Shown piece after piece: positions 51,121 to 58,891 of a DNA stretch of 64,000 nt (position 1 is its first letter; each line of letters begins with the position of its first letter). Below the pieces are notes generated by a model. It made no database searches and was not told where the DNA came from. It was given only the letters and a program-made list of their open reading frames with translations. The position numbers were made by a program, and so were the translations under genes. The stretch is taken from contig CAYPBP010000003.1 of the NCBI GenBank assembly GCA_964408995.1, positions 14,803 to 78,802 on the forward strand, given 5' to 3'. The stretch comes from an uncultured Gammaproteobacteria bacterium (lineage in GTDB: Bacteria; Patescibacteriota; Microgenomatia; UBA12405).

Positions 51121-53615
51121 TTTTTCGAATTTTTATTGTTTTAGTTTTATTTTTAAATAGTTATAAATCTGTTATGGCTGTTGATAATTGTCAGAATTAT
51201 AGTAGCTTTAGACAATGTGTTATGGATGCAAGTTCTTGTCTAGGTTCTTGGTTTCCTGCTGGTTACAGTGATTACTGTAATAGCCATTTTTATCCTTATT
51301 CGTATTGTTGTAAAAAGGCTGATCCTCCTACTCCTACTCCTACTACTCCTACTACTCCTACTTGTTCTTCTTTAGGTGGAAGTTGTGTTAACGGTGATGG
51401 TAGTGTCTATTGTACTGGTAATGGTGGAAGTATAATAACAGGGTCGTGTTCAAGTGGTACTACTTGTTGTGACTTTTCGCAACGTACCGCTGAATGTTAT
51501 TATGACTCAGAGTGTCCTGGTGATTGTGGAAAATGTATTAAGCCTACTAGTGATCCTTATGATAATTACTGTGGAACTGAATCACCTCAAAAGGGTTGGG
51601 ATGCTATTTGTGGAACATCAAATGGTGGATCAAGTTGTTCTGCTCCAACAAGTAATAGATGTCCTTATGGAAATTTAGTCTGGATAGATAAGGTTGGTAG
51701 TGATGGTACTTTTAATTGGAGATGTGAAGGCGGTGATGGAATTTGTGGTGGAAACGCTGGAAATACTGCTTATTGTTCTTCTTATAAAATTCCCTCTTCA
51801 ATTGGTGCTAGTGGACAATGTGGTTATCCGGTTGGTGTTAATGAATGTTTTGATAGTAGGACATATCCAACTTGTAAAAATGGAAATTTAAATATCATTG
51901 ATGATGGTTCTAGTGGCGACAATTGGGTTGATTGGACTTGTTCTGGAACTGCTGGTGATTGTGGAGGAGGTAATGGAGCGACTGTTGGTTGTTCTCACCA
52001 TGTGGCATATACAGTTAATGGTGCTTGTCTTAATAATGGTGGTTGGTTTGAAGGTCAACCTCCTAACCCTTGTTCTACTGGTACTGTTACTTGGATCGAT
52101 AGTAATGCTAACCCAACAGATTATACTTATGATTGGAGTTGTAATGGTGTTTGTGGTGGAAGTAGTCCTACTTGTTATTCTCATAAAAATACTAGACCAA
52201 TTTTTCAAAATATAGCAATTAAAAATACAAGTGGAGTTAGTGTTGGTAGTGAACTGTATCAAAGTAACTACTATAATCATATTTGTGAAACAGGTTTTGG
52301 TGGAACTACAGCCAGATTTGAAGTTACTTATACTGATGCTGAAGCTGGTGGTTATCGTGGTAGTGATATTGATTGGATCAAATTACAAATTGGATCAGAA
52401 GAGTTTACTACTACTAATTATTCACGTTCTGGTCAAAATACTACAGCTATCTTTGATATTAATTTATCTCAAGTTTCTGCGCGTGATGTCCAACGTATTT
52501 GGGTTAAGGCTAAGGGTTATAATTTACCCGAGAATGGTCATATTGGAACTAATAGATATTTCAAGTTTTGGGATTGTAAGGTGGCAGTGACTGGGTCTAT
52601 TTATGACAGTAGTGGTGTTGATCCTATTAAATGTAACGTATATCCCTATCCAGGTTTTACTAAACTAATTACTTCGGCTGCTAATTTTAGAAGTTTGAGT
52701 TTTAATTCTTCTAGTGGTAATAAGGCAATGTCTGTTAGTTTTCCAAGTCCAAATTATTCCAGTGGTAGTAATAAATTGGTTTGGGGTGAAACTTACACTA
52801 GCTATTCATTCAATAGTAGTGATATATTGATGGAAGTTGACCCTAATTTTATGCACTTTAGAAGAAATGGGACATCTTGTATAGGCCCTATTTTTGAATT
52901 AAATAGAGCAAATGTTGATCCTTATGTTTCGTCAGTAGGAATTACTATTGATTTTACTGGAGTGGTTGATCAGGATCCATGGTGGAGAGTTGAAAATGGT
53001 GGAGTTTCTAGTAATATTAGAATTAATAACCGAGTACCAGTGACTTGTACGAGCAATTGTAAGGCTAGTACCACTGGTTTAGTTTCGTCTGTAAGTATTA
53101 ACAATACTGGTCGTAGTAATGATTCAGCTTTTTCTTGGCATTATAAAGGCGTAGAGGCAAAATTGGCTAATACTAATTATGGTTATGACTATTTTTATAA
53201 TAATTATTTTGTTAAAAATGGAATTGGATTGATGGCTGATAGTATGAGTGAAATTGGAACTAGTGGTGTATATTTTGTTGATGATAATTTGAATATTAAT
53301 AGTAATAATGCTATTGCTTCTAATAAATCTTTGATGATTGTTGTTAATGGTGATATTAATGTTTCGAAGGATGTTACTCAGGTTAATGGCATTTTGGTGG
53401 CTAAAAATATTGGGGCTACTGGTCTAAATAACAGTCCTTTAGTTTTTAATGGTAGTCTTTATGCTGAGAATACTATTGATTTGTCTCGCGGTTTTAAAAC
53501 CAAAAGAAATAATAATCTTAATCCAGCCGTTAGAGTTGTTTATAATCCAGCAATGATTTTCAAGCTACCACCTGAGACATCAAAAATTTTAACTAATTAT
53601 AAATGGGGAAACTAA
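51111..53615 (+). CDS. large secreted Cys-rich protein with internal repeat modules; candidate pilus-associated adhesin
   Basis: Signal peptide; PPTPTPTTPTTPT linker; three W..(D/W)..C.G..G.CGG modules; embedded in the pilus locus; internal opposite/alternate-frame ORFs in the track are spurious. Confidence 0.5.
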   Translation: MSIIFRIFIVLVLFLNSYKSVMAVDNCQNYSSFRQCVMDASSCLGSWFPAGYSDYCNSHFYPYSYCCKKADPPTPTPTTPTTPTCSSLGGSCVNGDGSVYCTGNGGSIITGSCSSGTTCCDFSQRTAECYYDSECPGDCGKCIKPTSDPYDNYCGTESPQKGWDAICGTSNGGSSCSAPTSNRCPYGNLVWIDKVGSDGTFNWRCEGGDGICGGNAGNTAYCSSYKIPSSIGASGQCGYPVGVNECFDSRTYPTCKNGNLNIIDDGSSGDNWVDWTCSGTAGDCGGGNGATVGCSHHVAYTVNGACLNNGGWFEGQPPNPCSTGTVTWIDSNANPTDYTYDWSCNGVCGGSSPTCYSHKNTRPIFQNIAIKNTSGVSVGSELYQSNYYNHICETGFGGTTARFEVTYTDAEAGGYRGSDIDWIKLQIGSEEFTTTNYSRSGQNTTAIFDINLSQVSARDVQRIWVKAKGYNLPENGHIGTNRYFKFWDCKVAVTGSIYDSSGVDPIKCNVYPYPGFTKLITSAANFRSLSFNSSSGNKAMSVSFPSPNYSSGSNKLVWGETYTSYSFNSSDILMEVDPNFMHFRRNGTSCIGPIFELNRANVDPYVSSVGITIDFTGVVDQDPWWRVENGGVSSNIRINNRVPVTCTSNCKASTTGLVSSVSINNTGRSNDSAFSWHYKGVEAKLANTNYGYDYFYNNYFVKNGIGLMADSMSEIGTSGVYFVDDNLNINSNNAIASNKSLMIVVNGDINVSKDVTQVNGILVAKNIGATGLNNSPLVFNGSLYAENTIDLSRGFKTKRNNNLNPAVRVVYNPAMIFKLPPETSKILTNYKWGN

Positions 53616-53660
53616 ATTAGGTCGTAGATCTTAGATCGTCGATCGTAGAAAAATAAAAAA

Positions 53661-54470
53661 ATGAAAAATAAAAAAACAAACCCTCTGTCCCGACAAGTCG
53701 GGACATCTCCCTTGACAGGGCGAATTAATTCTAAAAGTGGGCAGGTGGCAGTTATTGTTTTGTTAGTTTCAGCAGTGGTTTTGACACTTGGATTATCTAC
53801 TTCTCGTAAATCAATTACTGATATTAAAGTCAATACTGATGAAGAATCATTAAAGAATGCTTTTAACATGGCTGAATCGGCTATTAATAACTATCTTGAC
53901 AGTGGTAGTCAAGTTTATACTGGCTCTGGTGATAATTATAGTGGTAATGTCACTAAAACAAATATAGGAGGTGCTAATAGTTTATCTTCTGAAGGTTTGG
54001 TTTCGCCCAACTCAAGTCAATTATTTTGGTTGGTTAACCATAATGCAAATGGTAGTATAGGGACTACTTATTATTCAGGAAATATTAATTCTATAAGTTC
54101 TAGTGAAAATAACGTGGCCTTAAAAATCGATTATTTTTATATTCAAGGTGGTGCTTATAAGGTTGATAGATATGCTTGCCAATATTTTGGTTTTAGTTCT
54201 ACTAAATCTTTAGGTTTCGATAGTCCTTGTTCTTCTTTTTCTCTAAATTATGTAAGTGGTAAAAAATCTTTATTACTTTCAATTACTCCTATTGGGTTGG
54301 CTACTAAATTAACTTTAAATGGAAGTTCTCCTTTTCCAGTTCAAGGAGAAGAATTGACTTCTGTGGGTACTGCTAATAATGGAGTTAAAACTCAAATTAA
54401 AGCTAGAAATTTGTATCAGATCCCTTCTTTTTTGACAGAAGCGGTGGTGGCTAGAAACATTATTAAGTAA
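53661..54470 (+). CDS. pilin-like / pilus-associated protein with hairpin-encoded leader
   Basis: MKNKKTNPLSRQVGTSPLTGRINSKSG|QVAVIVLLVSAVVL hydrophobic pilin-like N-terminus (no Glu at +5). Confidence 0.55.
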   Translation: MKNKKTNPLSRQVGTSPLTGRINSKSGQVAVIVLLVSAVVLTLGLSTSRKSITDIKVNTDEESLKNAFNMAESAINNYLDSGSQVYTGSGDNYSGNVTKTNIGGANSLSSEGLVSPNSSQLFWLVNHNANGSIGTTYYSGNINSISSSENNVALKIDYFYIQGGAYKVDRYACQYFGFSSTKSLGFDSPCSSFSLNYVSGKKSLLLSITPIGLATKLTLNGSSPFPVQGEELTSVGTANNGVKTQIKARNLYQIPSFLTEAVVARNIIK

Positions 54471-54510
54471 TAACTTGAGTCTATCTTAAAAAATCTATAT
54501 ACTTGATACT

Positions 54511-55536
54511 ATGAGTAGCATATTGGGAATTGATATTGGTAAAAGTACGGTAAAAATTGCCTGTATTTCTGATTACAATTCAAAAATTATTTTAGAAACA
54601 CTTGGTGAGAGTAGGATACCAAAATTTGAAAACATAGAAGATAATAATGATAAATTTCTAAATGAGGTTGGGAACATAATAAAAAAAATGCTCAATGACT
54701 TGAAAATAAAGAACAAGCAGGCAGTGGTAAGTTTGTCAGAAAATGAAGTTATTAGTCGACTGGTTAGATTACCTCCTTTAAAAGATAGTGAAATAATGGA
54801 TGCTTTAAAATTTGAGGCAGAAACTTTTATCCCTTTTCCCTTGGAAGAAGTGGCTATAGATTATGAAATAATTGAAAGAGATGATAATGGTAAATTAACT
54901 GTATTTGTAATTGCAGCTAGAAATGAATTGATTAATAGTTATATTAAATTATTTAAATCAATTGGAATAGAGTTGTTAGCATTGGAATCCCCTGCTATTT
55001 CCTTAAGAAGAGTTTTGCAATTAAATATGCCAATGGTGGAAAGGGTGGTAGTAGTTGATATAGGAGAGAAATATTCTGATATTTTTAGTATTAACAAAAA
55101 TAATGTTTATTTTGCTAGATCTTTGTCGGTTGGAGGTGAATCTTTGACTAGAGCCATTTCTTTGAACTTAAATTTGGATATGGCGTCGGCCGAGGAGTAT
55201 AAAAAAGCTTATGGTATTAAAGAAATGGAATTGGAAGGTAAAATAAGAAATTCAATTATGCCAATTTTTAATGATATAGGTGAAGAAATTAGAAAAACTT
55301 TGTCTTTGTTTGTTGAAGATGTGGGAAAGAGTGCTGATCTTTTAGTTTTGACTGGTGGTGGAGCCAATATGCCAGGTATAGCCGAAGAGTTGGCAAAAAT
55401 TTTAGGTCTAGAGGTTCAAGTTTTACAACCTTTTGCTAAAATAGATACTACCAAATCTCAATTTGGTTATAATCTAAATATAGATGGTTGTAAGTTTTCA
55501 TTAGCGGTTGGTTTGGCTTTAAGGGGTCTAGTATGA
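54511..55536 (+). CDS. pilM: type IV pilus assembly protein PilM (actin-like ATPase fold)
   Basis: ILGIDIGKSTVKIA N-terminus and overall PilM/FtsA-like architecture. Confidence 0.85.
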   Translation: MSSILGIDIGKSTVKIACISDYNSKIILETLGESRIPKFENIEDNNDKFLNEVGNIIKKMLNDLKIKNKQAVVSLSENEVISRLVRLPPLKDSEIMDALKFEAETFIPFPLEEVAIDYEIIERDDNGKLTVFVIAARNELINSYIKLFKSIGIELLALESPAISLRRVLQLNMPMVERVVVVDIGEKYSDIFSINKNNVYFARSLSVGGESLTRAISLNLNLDMASAEEYKKAYGIKEMELEGKIRNSIMPIFNDIGEEIRKTLSLFVEDVGKSADLLVLTGGGANMPGIAEELAKILGLEVQVLQPFAKIDTTKSQFGYNLNIDGCKFSLAVGLALRGLV

Positions 55537-56075
55537 AACAAGATTTAAATCTTTTACCATCGGTAGCTAAGTTTCAGGCAGCTAAGGTTAAATTAAAAAA
55601 GAAAATAATCTTTTTTAGCACTATATTTTTGGCTATTTGGGTTTTTTTATTAGTGGTGGTTTTTGTTTGGTTGGGAATAAACAATATATTACTAACCAGA
55701 GCTAAGAAAAATAATACAATGGTTTTAGATCAATACAAATCTTTGGTTACTAATGTGGTTTTATCTAAAAAAAACAAACATCAAGCTAAGATAGTAGGAA
55801 GTGTTTTAAGTAAAAGGTTTGAATATGGAGCTTCAATTGAAAAAATAATTAATTTATTTTCTGGGGCTATAATTCTTGAAGATTTTAAAATTGCAGATAA
55901 AAAACATTTTGTTTTAAATGGAAAAGTTAATGATGGATCTGAATTTATCCAAGTTGAAGAAATGATTAGGGATATTAATTTAGGATTGATGCCTGATTTT
56001 AAATCAGCCAAGTTAAGTAACATTTCTATAAAAGATAATGTTTGGATATTTGAAATGGGGGTTGATCTAATATGA
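55533..56075 (+). CDS. pilN: PilN-like protein
   Basis: DLNLLP motif followed by a single TM; coupled to pilM. Confidence 0.65.
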   Translation: MKQDLNLLPSVAKFQAAKVKLKKKIIFFSTIFLAIWVFLLVVVFVWLGINNILLTRAKKNNTMVLDQYKSLVTNVVLSKKNKHQAKIVGSVLSKRFEYGASIEKIINLFSGAIILEDFKIADKKHFVLNGKVNDGSEFIQVEEMIRDINLGLMPDFKSAKLSNISIKDNVWIFEMGVDLI

Positions 56076-56842
56076 AAAAAAATAATTTTTTTGACTTAAA
56101 ATTACCAGATAAAATTTTTGGTTTAGATAAATCTTTTTTAGGTCTTTTTTTAATTCCTTTAGCTTTATTTTTATTATTTTTAATTAGTTTAAGATTAATT
56201 TTGATTCCTAAAATGAATGATATCTCCACTATTAGTGCAGAAATTAAGAGGATAAAAACTAATACTACTAAAATTAAAGAGCAAAATGCTTATTTAGCTA
56301 ACTTAGATCAAGCAGAGTTGGAAAGAAATGCAAGTTATTTAGACAGTGCTGTTTTGAAAGATAAAAAGTCTTATTTGTTGGTTGGGATAATCAGATCAGT
56401 GGCAAATCGATTTAATTATCAAATTGATAGTTTTTCTTTAACACCTGGAGAAATAAAGAGCGATGAATCTTCTAAAATTATCAAATCGGGGGATGCAATC
56501 AGATTGCCAATAAATTTAACTTTATCTGGGCCAAAAGAAGAAAGTTTAAATCTAATTTTAGAATTAGAAAAAACATTACCTATTTTATTTATTGATAAAT
56601 TTGAAAAGAAAGATTCTAAAAATTTGTCTCAAATTAGTTTGACAATTTCTTCTTATTATCTAGAGTCTAATCTAAATGTAGAAGCAAATAATATTGCCTT
56701 AAGTGATCTAATTTTATCGAAAGAAGAATTGGCTTTAATTAGTAGGATAAGTGGTTTTACTAAAATAGAAAACAATACGCTTGATGTGGGAACATCGGTA
56801 AATTTTAAAGAATACCAGAGAGAAAATCCGTTTAGTTTGTAA
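56072..56842 (+). CDS. pilO: PilO-like protein
   Basis: N-terminal TM plus coiled-coil; position after pilN. Confidence 0.45.
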   Translation: MKKNNFFDLKLPDKIFGLDKSFLGLFLIPLALFLLFLISLRLILIPKMNDISTISAEIKRIKTNTTKIKEQNAYLANLDQAELERNASYLDSAVLKDKKSYLLVGIIRSVANRFNYQIDSFSLTPGEIKSDESSKIIKSGDAIRLPINLTLSGPKEESLNLILELEKTLPILFIDKFEKKDSKNLSQISLTISSYYLESNLNVEANNIALSDLILSKEELALISRISGFTKIENNTLDVGTSVNFKEYQRENPFSL

Positions 56843-56926
56843 AAACTCAATCTCCCCTTGTTGGCAAAGCCAACTTTCCCCTCTTTAACACGAGGGGAAG
56901 ATAATTTTGATGAAATGGGGAATTTT

Positions 56927-57166
56927 TTATTCTTTAATCTTGAGTAAGAAACGGGTGGTGGGATAAGAGAGATTTAAAATAGATCGGACAGATTTGATTA
57001 TTTTTCCTTCTTTTCCAATTATTTTTCCAATTATTTCGGTTGGAGCATCAATTTCAAAAGTAATTAAACCATTATCTTGGGAATCAGTTATAACAATATC
57101 TTTGGCTTCAGTTTCAGGAATGATATTGGTAATAATGTGCTCTAGGGTATCTTTTATAGTGTTCAT
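56927..57166 (-). CDS. khpA: KH-domain RNA-binding protein (YlqC/KhpA family)
   Basis: IIGKIIGKEGKIIKSVR KH GxxG loop; located directly downstream of rpsP. Confidence 0.75.
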   Translation of the reverse strand: MNTIKDTLEHIITNIIPETEAKDIVITDSQDNGLITFEIDAPTEIIGKIIGKEGKIIKSVRSILNLSYPTTRFLLKIKE

Positions 57167-57168
57167 GA

Positions 57169-57618
57169 TTAGGCTTCAGTTTCTTCAGTTTTAACTTCTT
57201 CAGTTGTTTCTTCTGGTTTAGTTTCTTCAGCAACTTCTTCGGTTTTAGTTTCTTCGATTATTTCTTCAGTTTTGACATCTTCGACAACTTCCTCGTTTTT
57301 GGTTTCTATAACTGCTTCAGTTTCAGTAACTTCTTCAGCTGGTTTTTCAACTTTAACTTCTTTTGGAGCTTTTACTTTTATTTTTTTAGGATATTTGTCT
57401 GGATTTAGAAGTTTATCGACACCGTCAGTGAGCTTAGCACCTTTTTTTTGCCAATCAGCTAGTTTTTCTTTGTTAATCTCTAAAGCTTTTGTTTGGGGTG
57501 TATAAAAGCCTAAATCATCGATGATTGGACCGTTTAATTTACTTCGGTCTTGAGCGATGACTATTCTATAAGTAATTTGATGGATTTTGCCACGAGGAGC
57601 AAGTTTAATTTTTAGCAT
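57169..57618 (-). CDS. rpsP: 30S ribosomal protein S16 with acidic Glu/Thr-rich C-terminal extension
   Basis: MLKIKLAPRGKIHQITYRIVIAQDRSKLNG S16 N-terminus; ~60-aa E/T/K-rich tail. Confidence 0.9.
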   Translation of the reverse strand: MLKIKLAPRGKIHQITYRIVIAQDRSKLNGPIIDDLGFYTPQTKALEINKEKLADWQKKGAKLTDGVDKLLNPDKYPKKIKVKAPKEVKVEKPAEEVTETEAVIETKNEEVVEDVKTEEIIEETKTEEVAEETKPEETTEEVKTEETEA

Positions 57619-57626
57619 ATGGTGGA

Positions 57627-58328
57627 TTATACAAGATTATTAAGTATTTTGGTAGCTTTAATTGAAGCATCTTCTTCAGCTTTCTGTTTTGAGTTGCCAA
57701 TACCTGTGGCAATTAACTCTTCACCAAGGAAAACTGCGACTTCAAAATTCTTTTGATGATCTGGGCCAGATTCACCCATTGTTTGGTATTTTGGGGTGAT
57801 TCCCCTCTTTGATTGGGCTATTTCTTGAAAAACACTTTTAGGATCTTTATAGATTTTTTTAGAAGATAAATCAGAAATACTTTTGTTTAAAACTTTTTCT
57901 AAAAAGTTAAAAGCAGGAGTGGTGCCACCATCTAGATAAATTGCTCCAAGAACAGATTCAAAAGTATCGGCTAAGATCGATGGATTGTTTCTGCCACCAT
58001 GTCTTTCTTCACCTTTTGATAACAAGACAAAATCAGATAAACATATATTACTGGATATTAAGGCTAAATTTTGGGTGCAGACGATTAAAGCGCGAAGATT
58101 AGTTAAATCTCCTTCATCAAATTGAGGAAATTGATGAAATAATTTATCAGAAATCCAAAATTCAAGAATAGAGTCACCCAAAAATTCGTAGGTTTCGTTT
58201 GAAGGTAAATGTTGATCCCTGTGTTCGTTAATATAAGAACGGTGAGTTAGAGCATGCGTTAGTTTTTCTTTGTCTTTAAAAACATAACCAATTTTAGTTT
58301 GTAGTTCGTCAAGATTGTTGTTCATCAT
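57627..58328 (-). CDS. rnc: ribonuclease III
   Basis: YEFLGDSILE signature plus C-terminal dsRBD. Confidence 0.9.
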   Translation of the reverse strand: MMNNNLDELQTKIGYVFKDKEKLTHALTHRSYINEHRDQHLPSNETYEFLGDSILEFWISDKLFHQFPQFDEGDLTNLRALIVCTQNLALISSNICLSDFVLLSKGEERHGGRNNPSILADTFESVLGAIYLDGGTTPAFNFLEKVLNKSISDLSSKKIYKDPKSVFQEIAQSKRGITPKYQTMGESGPDHQKNFEVAVFLGEELIATGIGNSKQKAEEDASIKATKILNNLV

Positions 58329-58707
58329 TTATATTAACATCTAGCTTTGATTTTTTAATAACAGTGCCAATAACTCCATTAACAAAAGAGGAGCTAGTTT
58401 CAGTGCCATATTCTTTGGCAATTTCAACTGCTTCATCAATAACTACTTTTGGTGGATTTTTTTTGAGATAAAATAATTCCCAGAAAGTATAGCGCAGAAC
58501 ACTTAAATCAATTTTATTGATTTTATCTATTGGCCATTTTGGAGCACTTTCGGAAATGAGTTTGTCAATTTCTGGAACATATTTAACAATTTCATCGAAT
58601 TCTTCAGTTTTTGTTTCGATACCGCCACAGCCCCAAGCAAATAAAGCTTGGACGTTTTTAATTCTTTTTAAATGACGTGGGTCAAATTTGTTTTTCACTG
58701 TTTGCAA
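58309..58707 (-). CDS. nusB: transcription antitermination factor NusB (TTG start)
   Basis: Arg-rich N-terminal helix (RHLKRIKNVQALF) and C-terminal FVNGVIG; the first codon on the sequence is TTG. Confidence 0.75.
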   Translation of the reverse strand: MQTVKNKFDPRHLKRIKNVQALFAWGCGGIETKTEEFDEIVKYVPEIDKLISESAPKWPIDKINKIDLSVLRYTFWELFYLKKNPPKVVIDEAVEIAKEYGTETSSSFVNGVIGTVIKKSKLDVNINDEQQS

Positions 58708-58847
58708 TTAGAACATTCAAAGCCAACTAACTTTGGTTGACCACAATGTTTACAATTTAGAGTTTTGGCTATTTTAGGGCCAGTTTGAGAGGCTCTTCGT
58801 TTGCCTTGTCGGCGACTAGAGGGCCAGTGTTTTGGTAATGCTGTCAT
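58695..58847 (-). CDS. rpmF: 50S ribosomal protein L32 (not in ORF track; 50 aa)
   Basis: Minus-strand translation MTALPKHWPSSRRQGKRRASQ...CKHCGQPKLVGFECSNCKQ with L32 N-terminus and CxxC...CxxC zinc ribbon; stop overlaps the nusB start. Confidence 0.8.
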   Translation of the reverse strand: MTALPKHWPSSRRQGKRRASQTGPKIAKTLNCKHCGQPKLVGFECSNCKQ

Positions 58848-58891
58848 ATAGGTAGTATTGTACCAGAAAAACTAATGATTTTTAGGGTTGA

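Noticed and set aside
51454-52590. Multiple 65-130-aa ORFs on both strands inside the 834-aa gene
   Set aside because: Alternate-frame artefacts of a Cys/Gly/Thr-rich coding region (V/L/I-rich nonsense translations).
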